64,000 bases of DNA from Candidatus Eiseniibacteriota bacterium. Its GTDB lineage: Bacteria > Eisenbacteria > RBG-16-71-46 > JABDJR01. The notes under the pieces were generated by a model. The model was given only the letters and a program-made list of their open reading frames with translations. It searched no databases and was not told the origin of the DNA. Positions 1-10,000 of the stretch are shown in pieces (the first letter of the stretch is position 1; each line of letters opens with the position of its first letter). The stretch covers positions 576,001 to 640,000 of the forward strand of contig CAWANH010000029.1 in NCBI GenBank assembly GCA_963783375.1, read 5' to 3'. A program made the position numbers and the translations under genes.

Positions 1-2320
1 CCCGCCGCGCCCCCAGCACCTTCGATTTGACTCCGCCGATGGGGAGCACGTTTCCGCGGAGGGAGATCTCCCCGGTCATGGCGGTGTCGGAGCGCACCGG
101 CTGTCCGGTGAGCAGGGAGACCAGGGCGGTGACCATGGCCACCCCCGCCGAAGGCCCGTCCTTGGGCATGGCTCCGGCCGGAACGTGGATGTGGAAATCG
201 GTCTGCTCGAATTCGGGCCGCTCCACCCCCAGATCATCGGCGTGGGAACGGACGTAGGAGAGCGCGGCGATGGCCGACTCCCGCATCACGTCGCCGAGCT
301 GGCCGGTCAGGGTGAGGTTCCCCCGTCCCGGCATGCGCGTGGCCTCGACGAAGAGAATCTCCCCGCCGTAGGGGGTCCAGGCCAGACCGGTCACCACCCC
401 GACCCGGTTCTTGCGTTCCCGCTTCTCGCGGAACACCTTGGACTGGCCCAGGTAGTCGGCGATGTTCTTCCGGGTGACCGAGGCCTTCACCCGTTTCCCG
501 CGGGCCACCCGCGTGGCCACCTTGCGGGCCACCCGGTTGATCTGGCGCTCCAGCTCCCGGACCCCCGCCTCGTGGGTATACTCGTTGGCGATGGTGGAAA
601 GGGCGGAGCGGGCGATCCGGAGGTGCTTGCCGCCGATGCCGTTGTCGGCCAGGGCCCGCGGCACCAGGTAGCGCCGGGCGATCTCCACCTTGTCCTGGGT
701 GGTGTAGCCGGGAAGCTCGATCACTTCCATGCGGTCCCGGAGCGGGCCGGGGATGGAGTAGAGCACGTTGGCGGTGGTGATGAAGAGAACCCGGGAGAGA
801 TCGTAGGGAACGTTCAGGTAGTTGTCCTGGAAGCTGTTGTTCTGCGCCGGGTCGAGCACCTCGAGGAGCGCCGAGGTGGGATCGCCGCGGAAGTCCGCGC
901 CCACCTTGTCCACCTCGTCCAGCATGAACACCGGGTCGGGGGACTTGGCCGACGCCACCCCCTGGACGATCCGTCCGGGCATGGCTCCGATGTAGGTGCG
1001 CCGGTGGCCCCGGATCTCCGCCTCGTCGTGGAGGCCGCCCAGGGACAGGCGCACGAAAGGCCGCCCCAGCGCCCGCGCGATCGACTGGCCGAGGGAGGTC
1101 TTCCCCACTCCGGGCGGCCCCGACAGGCAGAGGATGGGGCTTCGGGGATGCTGGGTGAGCTTCCGCACGGCAAGGTACTCGATGATCCGCTCTTTCACCT
1201 CGGTCAGGTCGAAGTGGTCCTGGTTCAGGATCGCCTCCGCCTTGGCGATATCGATGGCCGGGCGCTTCACCCCCTTCCACGGCACCTGGAGCATCCAGTC
1301 GATGTAGGTGCGGGCCACGGTGTACTCCGCGGCCTGGGGCGGCATGACCTTCAGGCGGTCGAATTCCTTCAGGGTGGCCTCGTGGGCCGCCTCCGGCATC
1401 TCCGCCTCATCGATCCGCTTCATGAGCTCGGCCAGCTCGGGATTCTCCTCCTCCCCGCCCAGCTCCTTCTGGATGGCCTTCAGCTGCTGACGCAGGTAGA
1501 ACTCGCGCTGGGTCTTCTCCATCTCGCTCTGGACCTGATCCTGGATCCGGCGCCCCAGGGCAAGGATGTCCAGCTCCCGCACCATGAAGGCGGTGACCCG
1601 CTCCAGCCGCTTCTCCGAGTCCCGCTCCTCGAGGAGCGCCAGCTTGTCGGTCAGCTTGAGGTTGAGATTCGCTCCGAGGAAGTCGGCCAACCGACCCGGG
1701 TCGTCCACGTTCAGAGCGACCACCTTGAGTTCCTCGGACAGATACCCGGTGGCGTCCACCAGCTTCTGGAAGAGCTCGAGCGCGTTCCGACGGAGCGCTT
1801 CCCCGCGACGCGAGACCTGCTTTTCCCCCGTCACCACCTCCACCCGTCCCTTGAGGAAGGGGCTCTGCTGGATCAGCTCCACCAGCTTGATCCGGGCCAC
1901 TCCCTGGACCAGGAGACGCATCCCGCCGTCCGGAAAGCGCAGCATCTTGTGGATGATGGCCGCGGTTCCGGTGCCGGACAGCTCGGAAACCGAGGCCACC
2001 GGGCGGGCCCGCGCCCCGACCTCGGAGCTTTCTCCCTCGTGATTCCGCCTCCCGGCGGCGCCGTCCCTTCCCGGGTCGTTCGGGGAGTCCGCCTCCGGGC
2101 CCCCCTCATCCTCCCCGGCTTCCACCGTGAACAACCCGATCATCTTGCTCCCGGCCAGGGCCTCGTCGATCGGGTCCAGGAGCTCCCGATCGCTCACCAC
2201 CAGGGGAAACATCATGTACGGGAAGGCCACCACGTCCTTGAGGGGAACCAGGGGGAGGACGGTGGGGATCTCGAGCGACTGACCGGAGTCGGTCTTGACC
2301 GTTATCGTCGAATCAACCAT
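1..2320 (-). CDS. lon: Lon ATP-dependent protease (3' end runs off the window)
   Basis: Translated by hand because it is absent from the ORF track: MVDSTITVKTDSGQSLEIPTVLPLVPLKDVVAFPYMMFPL..., Walker A CLSGPPGVGKTS, HRRTYIGAMPG, catalytic PKDGPSAG and GGVKSK. The frame stays open to the window edge. Confidence 0.96.
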   Translation of the reverse strand, partial: MVDSTITVKTDSGQSLEIPTVLPLVPLKDVVAFPYMMFPLVVSDRELLDPIDEALAGSKMIGLFTVEAGEDEGGPEADSPNDPGRDGAAGRRNHEGESSEVGARARPVASVSELSGTGTAAIIHKMLRFPDGGMRLLVQGVARIKLVELIQQSPFLKGRVEVVTGEKQVSRRGEALRRNALELFQKLVDATGYLSEELKVVALNVDDPGRLADFLGANLNLKLTDKLALLEERDSEKRLERVTAFMVRELDILALGRRIQDQVQSEMEKTQREFYLRQQLKAIQKELGGEEENPELAELMKRIDEAEMPEAAHEATLKEFDRLKVMPPQAAEYTVARTYIDWMLQVPWKGVKRPAIDIAKAEAILNQDHFDLTEVKERIIEYLAVRKLTQHPRSPILCLSGPPGVGKTSLGQSIARALGRPFVRLSLGGLHDEAEIRGHRRTYIGAMPGRIVQGVASAKSPDPVFMLDEVDKVGADFRGDPTSALLEVLDPAQNNSFQDNYLNVPYDLSRVLFITTANVLYSIPGPLRDRMEVIELPGYTTQDKVEIARRYLVPRALADNGIGGKHLRIARSALSTIANEYTHEAGVRELERQINRVARKVATRVARGKRVKASVTRKNIADYLGQSKVFREKRERKNRVGVVTGLAWTPYGGEILFVEATRMPGRGNLTLTGQLGDVMRESAIAALSYVRSHADDLGVERPEFEQTDFHIHVPAGAMPKDGPSAGVAMVTALVSLLTGQPVRSDTAMTGEISLRGNVLPIGGVKSKVLGARR

Positions 2321-2325
2321 CGTCC

Positions 2326-2754
2326 CTATTCCACCTCAATTTGATGTTCCTGGGCTTTCGCCCGGGGACGGGCCTTGAGCCGGATCTCCAGCACCCCGTC
2401 GCGGTAAGTCGCCGCCGCGGCCGCGGCGGCAAAGCTCTCGGGCACCTGAATGCTTCGGGCGAAGGGGCCCATCGCGATTTCCATCTTATGAAAGGTCTTC
2501 CGGCCGGGGGGCGTGTCGTCCCGCCGGAGTCCCCGAACGTGGACGATCCGGGAGCGCATGATCACCTGGATGTCCTCGCGGTTCACCCCGCTCAAGTCCA
2601 TCCGGATCACGAACTCGGTGTCCGTCTCGTAGGCGTCGGTGGCCGGATACCACACCACATCGGCCTCCACGCTGCTCCGGCCCGGTTCCAGAAACAGGTG
2701 CTCCACCAGCTCCCGGAAATTTCCCCATCGGTCTTCGAAATCACCGTCTACCAC
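2326..2754 (-). CDS. Hsp20/alpha-crystallin small heat shock protein
   Basis: Motifs P-x-DAYETDTEFVIRMDLSGV, EIAMGPFARSIQVP and ATYRDGVLEIRL; lies directly upstream of lon. Confidence 0.92.
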   Translation of the reverse strand: MVDGDFEDRWGNFRELVEHLFLEPGRSSVEADVVWYPATDAYETDTEFVIRMDLSGVNREDIQVIMRSRIVHVRGLRRDDTPPGRKTFHKMEIAMGPFARSIQVPESFAAAAAAATYRDGVLEIRLKARPRAKAQEHQIEVE

Positions 2755-2764
2755 GGTACGTCTC

Positions 2765-3145
2765 CTACCAGGAGGTCTCTTCGTCCATGCTCTGATCGAA
2801 CGCCATGACCCCGCCGAAGTCCTCCTTGCGGTCCTCGTCGGTCTTGGCCATGAGGCCCACCTCGATCAGGTTGTATACCACCTCGCCCACGTCCTCGCCC
2901 CGCTTGAGGCCCCAGAAGTTCAACACCGAGCGGGCCATGGGCCCGTACTCCCGGATGGCCATCTCCCGGACTCCCTTGAGGAGTTGCGGCCCGGTGAGAT
3001 GCTCCTTCTCCCTGCCCCGGTGATGGGTGCGCTGGAAGAAATCCAGGGCTGCCTGCACGAAGAAGTAGGCCTCCCGGGCGTAGCGGGTGTCGCGTTCCAG
3101 CACCCGGTCCAGGGTGGCTTCGTAGTCCTCGTCGCTCCCGCTCAT
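2765..3145 (-). CDS. Minf_1886-like conserved hypothetical protein
   Basis: Pattern DTRYAREAYFFVQAAL...HLTGPQLLKGVREMA..EYGPMARSVLNFWG..EDVGEVVYNLIEVGLM..TDEDRKEDF, recognised from memory of this family. Confidence 0.8.
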   Translation of the reverse strand: MSGSDEDYEATLDRVLERDTRYAREAYFFVQAALDFFQRTHHRGREKEHLTGPQLLKGVREMAIREYGPMARSVLNFWGLKRGEDVGEVVYNLIEVGLMAKTDEDRKEDFGGVMAFDQSMDEETSW

Positions 3146-3146
3146 C

Positions 3147-4802
3147 TCAACCCACCACCGATTCCGGCTGCGGAATGGTATCGCTCCAGCTCACGTCGCC
3201 GATGCGGCCGAGGACGGAGTCCCGGCGGAAGTGCACGTCGTCCGGAGCGGGATAGTCCCGGTTGATGTGCAACCCGCGGCTCTCCTTCCTGGCGCCGGCC
3301 ATTCGAAGGATGATGTCGGCGATCAGGGTGATGTTGCGGAGCTCCAGAAGGTCCGGATCCACCTCGAAACGCCGGTAGAACCGCTCCACGTCCTGGCGGA
3401 TGAGAGCCAGCCGCGGTGCGGCGGCGGTCAGGCGCTCGTCGGAGCGCGCGATCCCCAGGTAGTCCCACATCAACCGGCGGACCGCGTCCCAGTTGTGATT
3501 GATGATGACGTCCTCCCGGGGTTGGCCGCTGCTGGGCACGACCCAGGGATCGGCCCGGGGGGGCGGAGAGCCCTCCACCCAGGGGCGCAGATCGTGGGCG
3601 GCCCGGTGTGAGAATACCAGGGCTTCCAGGAGGGAGTTCGAGGCCAGACGGTTGGCGCCGTGAAGGCCGGTGTGCGCCACCTCCCCCACCGCATAGAGCC
3701 GGGGGATATCGGTGGCTCCGTTGAGTCGTGCGCGCACCCCGCCGCACATGTAGTGCGCGGCGGGAACCACCGGGATCGGCTCGGTGGCCGGATCGATCCC
3801 GTAGGAGCGGCACCCCTGGACCACCTGGGGGAACCGCTTTTCGAGGAAGGCGCCCCCGAGGGCGGTGGCGTCGAGCCAGACATGATTCTCTCCCCGGGTC
3901 TTCATCTCGAAGTCGATGGCCCGGGCCACGATGTCCCGAGGGGCCAGATCGCCGCGGGAGTCGTGGGCCTTCATGAACTCCTCGCCGTCCAGGCGGCGAA
4001 GCACCGCGCCTTCCCCACGCAGGGCTTCGGTGATCAGGAATCGCTTGGCCCGGGGGTGATAGAGGCAGGTGGGGTGGAACTGGATGAACTCCAGGTTCGA
4101 CACCCGCGCCCCGGCCCGGAAGGCCATCGCCACGCCGTCCCCGGTGGCGATGTCCGGGTTGCTGGTGTACAGGTACACCTTCCCGCATCCGCCCGAAGCC
4201 AGGACGGTGGCCTTGGCCTGGAACGGGATCACCGAACGGTGGTCGGGGGTGAGGACGTAGGCCCCCCAGCAGGCTTCTCCGTCCTCGGAAGTGCCCCGGG
4301 ACATGCGCGAGGCGAGGATCAGGTCAACTGCGAAGAAGTGCTCCAGCATGGTGATGTTGCCGCGGGCGGCCACCGCGGCCAGGAGCGCCTTCTCCACCGC
4401 GGCCCCGGTGCGGTCGGCGGCGTGGACGATGCGTCGCTTGGAGTGGCCGCCTTCGCGACCCAGCTCGAGGTTCCCGTTGCCGGCGCGGCTGAACTCGACC
4501 CCCATCTCCATCAGCTTCCGCACCAGGGGGGAACCCTCTTCGACCACCATCTGCACCACGTCGGGGTGGCAGAGCCCCGCCCCCGCGATGAGGGTGTCCC
4601 GGGCATGGAGGTCGGCGTGGTCCTCGGGATCCAGGACCGCGGCGATCCCCCCCTGGGCGTAGTTGGTGTTGGACTCCGCCCGCTCCTTTTTCGTGATCAC
4701 GGTAACCGAGCCCCACTGGCTGGCTTGGAGAGCGCACCAGAGGCCGGCCAGTCCCGAGCCGATGATCAGGGTGTCGGTGTAGCGGGGGGCTTCGATCACC
4801 AT
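3147..4802 (-). CDS. nadB: L-aspartate oxidase
   Basis: Motifs IIGSGLAG, SNTNYAQGGIAAV, REGGHSKRRIVH, EFIQFHPT, LITEALRGEG, AAHYMCGG and GLHGANRLASNSLLE. Confidence 0.96.
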   Translation of the reverse strand: MVIEAPRYTDTLIIGSGLAGLWCALQASQWGSVTVITKKERAESNTNYAQGGIAAVLDPEDHADLHARDTLIAGAGLCHPDVVQMVVEEGSPLVRKLMEMGVEFSRAGNGNLELGREGGHSKRRIVHAADRTGAAVEKALLAAVAARGNITMLEHFFAVDLILASRMSRGTSEDGEACWGAYVLTPDHRSVIPFQAKATVLASGGCGKVYLYTSNPDIATGDGVAMAFRAGARVSNLEFIQFHPTCLYHPRAKRFLITEALRGEGAVLRRLDGEEFMKAHDSRGDLAPRDIVARAIDFEMKTRGENHVWLDATALGGAFLEKRFPQVVQGCRSYGIDPATEPIPVVPAAHYMCGGVRARLNGATDIPRLYAVGEVAHTGLHGANRLASNSLLEALVFSHRAAHDLRPWVEGSPPPRADPWVVPSSGQPREDVIINHNWDAVRRLMWDYLGIARSDERLTAAAPRLALIRQDVERFYRRFEVDPDLLELRNITLIADIILRMAGARKESRGLHINRDYPAPDDVHFRRDSVLGRIGDVSWSDTIPQPESVVG

Positions 4803-4852
4803 GGCGGGGCCTTTATGGGTTGAACCGACTCAAGTTGGAGGACCAAAGGACG

Positions 4853-4881
4853 ATCATAGCGGAAGGGCTCCCCCCTCTCAA
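4853..4881 (-). promoter_or_regulatory. Putative sigma70 promoter for nadB-hyp-hsp20-lon
   Basis: TTGAGA-N17-TATGAT on the minus strand, about 50 nt upstream of the nadB ATG. Confidence 0.55.
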
Positions 4882-5160
4882 GCCGGCAGCCCGTCGGGAG
4901 ACCGACGGTCGGGGCCAAATACCCCACCGGCACGGAGGGCGCGCCGGGACGGTTCATGTCCCGGAGCCGGGGGTCCGATATCGGTATAGATCGAGGCGTC
5001 CGCCGCCGGGTTCCCCATGGCCCCGACCGGCTGACAGATCGCCTTCCGGTGCGGGATGCGGGAACCGATTCTCCGCCTCCCGGGCCTGCGGTCACCGAGT
5101 GCCGCGGCCGTCGCTTCCGCGTGGTCGACCCGGAGGCCTGTTCGACAAGGAGGAGAGAGG

Positions 5161-5808
5161 ATGAAAAACCATCGTCGTCTGCCCTGGGTGGTCGCGCTCG
5201 TCATGATTCTTGGAGTCACGGCTCTGGGTGTGACGGTCAACGGTTGCAAGGAACAGGGCGGCGATACCCGCAACATCGTGGACATCGTCTCGCTGAACGG
5301 GAACCAGCCGCTCTTGAGCGATGTCTACAACCTGGGTAGCAAGAAGGACGATCCCACCGACGACTTCATCCCCGTGGACGTGGTCGAGGTGACCTTCCAG
5401 AGCCGCCCCCACGACAGCGCGCTCACCATCCAGCCCGGCGAGCCCTTCGGATCGGTCCGGTTCTACGCCTACGACCTGGTCTGGGCGGACAAGAATCACG
5501 CCGACGGCGTCGACCTGGACGGGAACGGCTCGGTGGATCTGAAGAACGTCCGCGGCGGGGCCATGAACTCCGTGGTCCCGATCGGACAGACCGGTCAGGG
5601 CTCGATCCTGGTGGTGAGTGGAGGCGACAAGGTCCTTCCCCCCATCTCCTGCCTCGGCCCGGTGGGTGGCGCCTGTTCCGGCAACACCGCGGTGGAGTAC
5701 AAGGCGTCCGCCGAGATCACCTTCTACGGCGTCGAGGAGACGAGCGGCGACAAGATCACCCTGACCCGTGGGCTTGCCGTCGACATCGGCGATTACAGCG
5801 ACCAGTAG
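5161..5808 (+). CDS. Hypothetical lipoprotein
   Basis: AGGAGAGAGG RBS before ATG 5161; signal peptide with lipobox-like VNGC; codon usage typical of the window; contains DLDGNGSVD. Confidence 0.8.
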   Translation: MKNHRRLPWVVALVMILGVTALGVTVNGCKEQGGDTRNIVDIVSLNGNQPLLSDVYNLGSKKDDPTDDFIPVDVVEVTFQSRPHDSALTIQPGEPFGSVRFYAYDLVWADKNHADGVDLDGNGSVDLKNVRGGAMNSVVPIGQTGQGSILVVSGGDKVLPPISCLGPVGGACSGNTAVEYKASAEITFYGVEETSGDKITLTRGLAVDIGDYSDQ

Positions 5809-5830
5809 AGCGCGGAACCAGACGGGTAGG

Positions 5831-5862
5831 ACGGGGACGGTCGTGAGGCCGTCCCCGTTTTC
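5831..5862 (+). terminator. Intrinsic terminator hairpin
   Basis: ACGGGGACGGTC-GTGA-GGCCGTCCCCGT forms a 12-bp stem with a GNRA loop, followed by a short T run, between convergent genes. Confidence 0.75.
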
Positions 5863-5877
5863 CTGCTCCCCCGGCGC

Positions 5878-6922
5878 TCAGGCGAGGAGCTCGCTCAGGA
5901 GCCGGTCCCAACCCCCCTCCACCTCCACCGAGGCTTCGACCACCAGCCACCCCGCCTCGGGGTCGGCCAGGTCCTCGAGCCGCATCCGGTCCTTGGTGGT
6001 GGTCACCGGGACCGATCCGCGCGAGCGCGCCGCGGTTTCTTCCGCCCGCACCTCGCGCTCGATGAACCGGTGGTGGTCTCGGTACTCGGACCACCCACGG
6101 ATCTCCGCGCCCGCCTCCTCCAGGAGAGCCCGGAAGCGCCGGGGACGGGCGATCCCCGCCACCCCGTGCACGGCCAGGCCGCGGAGGGACGGCGCGGCGG
6201 CGGCGGAGCCGCCGTGGAGAAGGGTGAGCCGCCCCGGCCGGGTCCACGCCCGGGAGCGGGGGCGTCCCGGCGCATGGAGATCGAGGAGCGCCCGCACCGA
6301 TTCGGTGATCGGGAGATCTTCCCGACCCCCGGTGAGGAGCACGTGATCCGCCCGGCGAAGGGCGCTCGGGGGGTTCGCGAAGGGGTCCGGCGGGGAGAAG
6401 CCGCCCGTTTCCCAGGGGGCTTGCCGCGTCGAGGAGAACCAGATCCCGGTTCCGGTGGAGCCGGCGATGCTGGAACCCGTCGTCGAGGATGAAGAGATCC
6501 ACCGATTCCCCCGCGTCGAGGTAGGCGCAGGCGCCGGCTCCCCGGTCCTTCCCCACCACCACCGGCACCTCGGGTAGGGCGCGACTGAGAAGCAACGGCT
6601 CGTCCCCCGCGGTGACGGCGGAGGCGGCGACCCCGGCCCACCGTCCGTCGCGAAGCACTCCCGAACCGTTGCCGCCATAGCCTCGGGTGAGGATGACCGG
6701 CCGCCGGCCCGAGCGGCGCGCGGCCTCGGCCAGCGCCCGGACCACCGGGGTCTTCCCCGTCCCCCCCACCACCAGGTTACCCACCGATAGCACCGGGACC
6801 GGCAGCCGCTCCACCGGCATCACCCCGCGATCGTGGAGACCGTGGAACACCGAGGCCCCGAGCCGGTAGGCGGGCTCCAGGAGACGCGCCCACCCGCCGG
6901 GGCCGTTCTCGAGATCCTTCAT
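5878..6922 (-). CDS. lpxK: Tetraacyldisaccharide 4'-kinase (apparent frameshift in the G6 run at 6368-6373)
   Basis: SVGNLVVGGTGKTP, GDEPLLL, ILDDGFQH and LLPAGPLREP lie in one frame; ALRRAD...GIARP...DHH...TTTKD continue in the next. Removing one base restores the ORF. ATGA overlap with waaA. Confidence 0.92.
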
Positions 6923-8172
6923 CGCCCGGTTTCCGGGATCAGGACGCCCCGCTCGATCAGGAACTCCAGCGTCCGCGCCGACGCCCCGCGGAGCGCCCGG
7001 GCGGTTTCCCGCGCCGCCCCTGCCGCCCGCTCGCGCGCGGCGGGATCGCCCAGCCAGGTGTCCAGGGCCCGGGCCAGGGAGTTCGCGTCGGTTACCGTTC
7101 GCGCCCCCCCCGCGGCCAGGAGCGCCTCGGCGTCCTCGGCCACGTTGGCCAAGTACGGTCCGAAGAGCACCGGGGCTCCGCCCACCGCCGCCTCCAGCAC
7201 GTTGTGACCTCCCACCGGCACCAGGGTCCCGCCCACGAACGCCGCCGTCGAGGCCGCGTAGAGGCCGGGAAGCTCGCCGTGGGTGTCCACGATCAGCACC
7301 TCCGCCCGCTCGTCTGCGGCGGCGGGACGGCTCCGGCGCGCGGCGCGAAGGCCGCGGCGTTCCAGGTCGCGGTCGAGGGCGTTCCACGCATCGGGGTGGC
7401 GGAGGGCGAGAACCAGGCGGAGGTCCGGATGCGCGCCGCGGAGCGTTTCGAACGCGGCCAGGACCGCCCGTTCCTCCCCGGGACGAAGGCTTCCCACCGT
7501 CCACACCGCGGCGCCGGTCCACGGCAGGGAAGCCGGCGCGGCTTCGGCCAGTCGGTCATGTTTCAGGTTCCCGGTGACCCGGACCGCATCGCCCGGCGCC
7601 CCGAGGCCGATGAACCGATCGGCGTCGACGTCGCTCCGTGCGGCCACCGCACGAAGGCCGGCGAGAAGCGGACGGAACAACCCGGCCAGATGCCGGTAGC
7701 GCGGGAAGGCGCGGTCGGAGATGCGGCCGTTCACCACCGAGACCGCCGTGCCCCGCCTCCGGGCCTCGATGAGCCAGTTCGGCCAGAGCTCGGTCTCCAC
7801 CAGGACCAGGCTCCGGGGACGGCGGCGTGCGAACGCGCGTCCCATCGCGCGGGGAAGATCGAGGGGGGCCAGGCTCACCGCCTCGCCCCAGAGCGACTCC
7901 GCCGCCCGGCGCCCGGTCACGGTGGAGGTCGTGACCACGAATCGACCGGCGGCGCCATGCCGGTGGGCCAGGGTGAGAATCGGCTCCAGAGCGGCCACCT
8001 CGCCCAGGGAAGCGGCGTGCCACCACGTCTCCGCCTCGGGCCCGGCGATACGGGCCAGGCGCTCGGCATGGAGCGCGGCGCTCTCCTCGCGCGCACCGAT
8101 TCGAAGGGCCACGCCGGTGAGCGGCTCGGCCAGCGCGGTGAGCGCACGATAGGCGGCCAGGGTCCCGTTCAT
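6919..8172 (-). CDS. waaA: 3-deoxy-D-manno-octulosonic acid (Kdo) transferase
   Basis: Motifs WWHAASLGEV, LVETELWPN, VVNGRISDR, VTGNLK and FVGGTLVPVGGHNVLE; start ATG 8172 overlaps the upstream stop. Confidence 0.95.
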   Translation of the reverse strand: MNGTLAAYRALTALAEPLTGVALRIGAREESAALHAERLARIAGPEAETWWHAASLGEVAALEPILTLAHRHGAAGRFVVTTSTVTGRRAAESLWGEAVSLAPLDLPRAMGRAFARRRPRSLVLVETELWPNWLIEARRRGTAVSVVNGRISDRAFPRYRHLAGLFRPLLAGLRAVAARSDVDADRFIGLGAPGDAVRVTGNLKHDRLAEAAPASLPWTGAAVWTVGSLRPGEERAVLAAFETLRGAHPDLRLVLALRHPDAWNALDRDLERRGLRAARRSRPAAADERAEVLIVDTHGELPGLYAASTAAFVGGTLVPVGGHNVLEAAVGGAPVLFGPYLANVAEDAEALLAAGGARTVTDANSLARALDTWLGDPAARERAAGAARETARALRGASARTLEFLIERGVLIPETGR

Positions 8173-8879
8173 CGCCTCGCCTCCCGGTCCGCCTCGCCCT
8201 CCACCGCGTCCAGCGCGGCCTCCAGCCGCCGCCGCCAGGGCTCGAGGTCCCCACCGGCGGGAACGAGGAGGGGTTCGCCGTACACGATCACCCCGCGCGC
8301 CCCCGGCCGCGGGACCTGGAAGCGGTCCCAGGACCGAAAGGACCAGGCGGGGCGCGAAGCCGCCCCCACGGGGACGATCGGCCGTCCCGCCCGCGCGGCC
8401 AGGGCCACCGCTCCCATCGCCGCCCGATGGAGCGGCCCGCGGGGGCCGTCGGGGGTAAGTGCCACCGACCGGCCGCTCTCGAGCCACGCGGCCAGTTCGG
8501 CAAAGCTTTCCTTCCCTCCCCGGCTGGTGCTCCCCCGAACCGGTCGGAATCCCAGGGCCCGGGCGGCGCGGGCGATCACCTCGCCGTCCTCGGAGAGGCT
8601 CACCAGCACCGCGGCTCCGGTGTGGCCAAGCCGGGCGACGGGAAGCCACATGCGGCCGTGCCACACCGTGTAAATCACCGACTCATAACGGCTCAGGGCT
8701 TCTGTCTCACGTTCCTGATGAAGATAATGAACCCGGGTGAACTGGCCGCTCAGGCGGAGCGCGGCCGCTCCCATCCACGCGCCGAGGCTTCGCAACGGGC
8801 GGCGGAGAGGCCGGAAGTATCTCGAGCGTTTGCGCTCTCTCCCGCCGGACGCGCCTGGAGGCGCACCGGGGCCGTTCAC
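8169..8879 (-). CDS. DUF374 family acyltransferase (LpxJ-like lipid A secondary acyltransferase candidate)
   Basis: Motifs WHGR, LVSLSEDGE, VRGSTSRGG, TPDGPRGP and SWDRFQVPRP; lies between lpxB and waaA; GTGA overlap. Confidence 0.85.
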   Translation of the reverse strand: MNGPGAPPGASGGRERKRSRYFRPLRRPLRSLGAWMGAAALRLSGQFTRVHYLHQERETEALSRYESVIYTVWHGRMWLPVARLGHTGAAVLVSLSEDGEVIARAARALGFRPVRGSTSRGGKESFAELAAWLESGRSVALTPDGPRGPLHRAAMGAVALAARAGRPIVPVGAASRPAWSFRSWDRFQVPRPGARGVIVYGEPLLVPAGGDLEPWRRRLEAALDAVEGEADREARR

Positions 8880-10000
8880 CGCCGCCCCCCGGTCAGAACT
8901 CCCGCCACCACCTCGGCGGCCCGCTCCGCCGCTCCCCCGCCCCCCAGGCGCTCCCGTAGCGGCGCCAGGTAGCGGGCCTGCTCGGCCCGCTCCGCGGGAT
9001 CGAAGAGGAGCCGCCGGGCCACCGCGGCCACCCCCTCGGGCTCCAGGTCCCCCTGGAGGAGTTCGGGGATCCTTGCCCCACCCGCGGCAATATTGACCAG
9101 TCCCACGGTGCGTAACTTCACCAGCGCCCGCGCCAGGTGCCAGTTCACCGTCCCGGTGCGGTAGACCACGCACAGGGGGGTGCCCTGAAGACCGGTTTCC
9201 AGGGTGGCGGTGCCGCTGGCCACCAGGGCGGCGTCGGCGGCCCGGGCCAGGGCCGGGCCGGCCCCCGGCCAGAGGGGAAACCCCGCCGCCTCGGCCGGCG
9301 CGTAGAGGGCCTCCGGGACCCCCGGAGCCCGACTCACCGCCACCCGCGCCTCGGAGAGCCCCTTCGTCCCCGCCACCAGGGGCGGGAGAATGTGGCGGAC
9401 CTCCTGGGCCCGGCTTCCGGGAAGGAGGGCCAGGAGCGGCGCGTCGGCCGCGATGCCCAGCCGCTCGCGGACCGCCTCACGTGTGGGGAGTTCGAGCTCC
9501 TCGTCGAGCAGAGGGTGCCCCACGAAGGTCGCATCGATCCCCGCCTCCCGGAACAGCGCCTCCTCGAAGGGAAAGACGACCAGGAGGTGGTCCACCGCGC
9601 GGGCGATTCCCGGCCGCCGCTCCCGCCGCCAGGCCCAGACCTGGGGGGCGATGTAGTAGACCACCGGCTTCCCGCGGGCGCGGGCGCGGCGAGCCAGGCG
9701 GAGGTTGAAACCGGGATAGTCCACCGGAAGGACCACGTGGGGGTCGAAGCGTTCGATCTCCTCGGTCGCCTCGTTCATGAGCCGCCGGAAGAAGGGAAGG
9801 CGGCGCGCCACCTCGGCGAAGCCGAGCACCGAGAGGTCCTCCACCCGGGCCAGGAGCCGCGCCCCCTCCGCGGCCAGACGCTCTCCCCCCAGGCCCACCA
9901 CCTCCACCTCGCCGACCCGCCTACGGAGCGCGCGGACCAGCGCGGCGGCATGCCGGTCCCCGGAGGTTTCCCCCGCGGAGACGAAAAGGCGCCAGGCCAT
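8876..10000 (-). CDS. lpxB: Lipid-A-disaccharide synthase
   Basis: Motifs AGETSGD, VDYPGFNLRLA, YYIAPQVWAWR, FPFE, FVGHPL, LLPGSRAQEV and SGTATLE. Confidence 0.97.
   Translation of the reverse strand: MAWRLFVSAGETSGDRHAAALVRALRRRVGEVEVVGLGGERLAAEGARLLARVEDLSVLGFAEVARRLPFFRRLMNEATEEIERFDPHVVLPVDYPGFNLRLARRARARGKPVVYYIAPQVWAWRRERRPGIARAVDHLLVVFPFEEALFREAGIDATFVGHPLLDEELELPTREAVRERLGIAADAPLLALLPGSRAQEVRHILPPLVAGTKGLSEARVAVSRAPGVPEALYAPAEAAGFPLWPGAGPALARAADAALVASGTATLETGLQGTPLCVVYRTGTVNWHLARALVKLRTVGLVNIAAGGARIPELLQGDLEPEGVAAVARRLLFDPAERAEQARYLAPLRERLGGGGAAERAAEVVAGVLTGGRR

Noticed and set aside
4882-5160. GC-rich stems in the nadB/lipoprotein divergent region as an NAD-related riboswitch
   Set aside because: The stems lie upstream of the predicted nadB promoter and match no motif I recognise.
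6361-6380. Programmed frameshift or phase variation in lpxK
   Set aside because: The run is short, and similar indels occur in unrelated genes, so sequencing error is more parsimonious.
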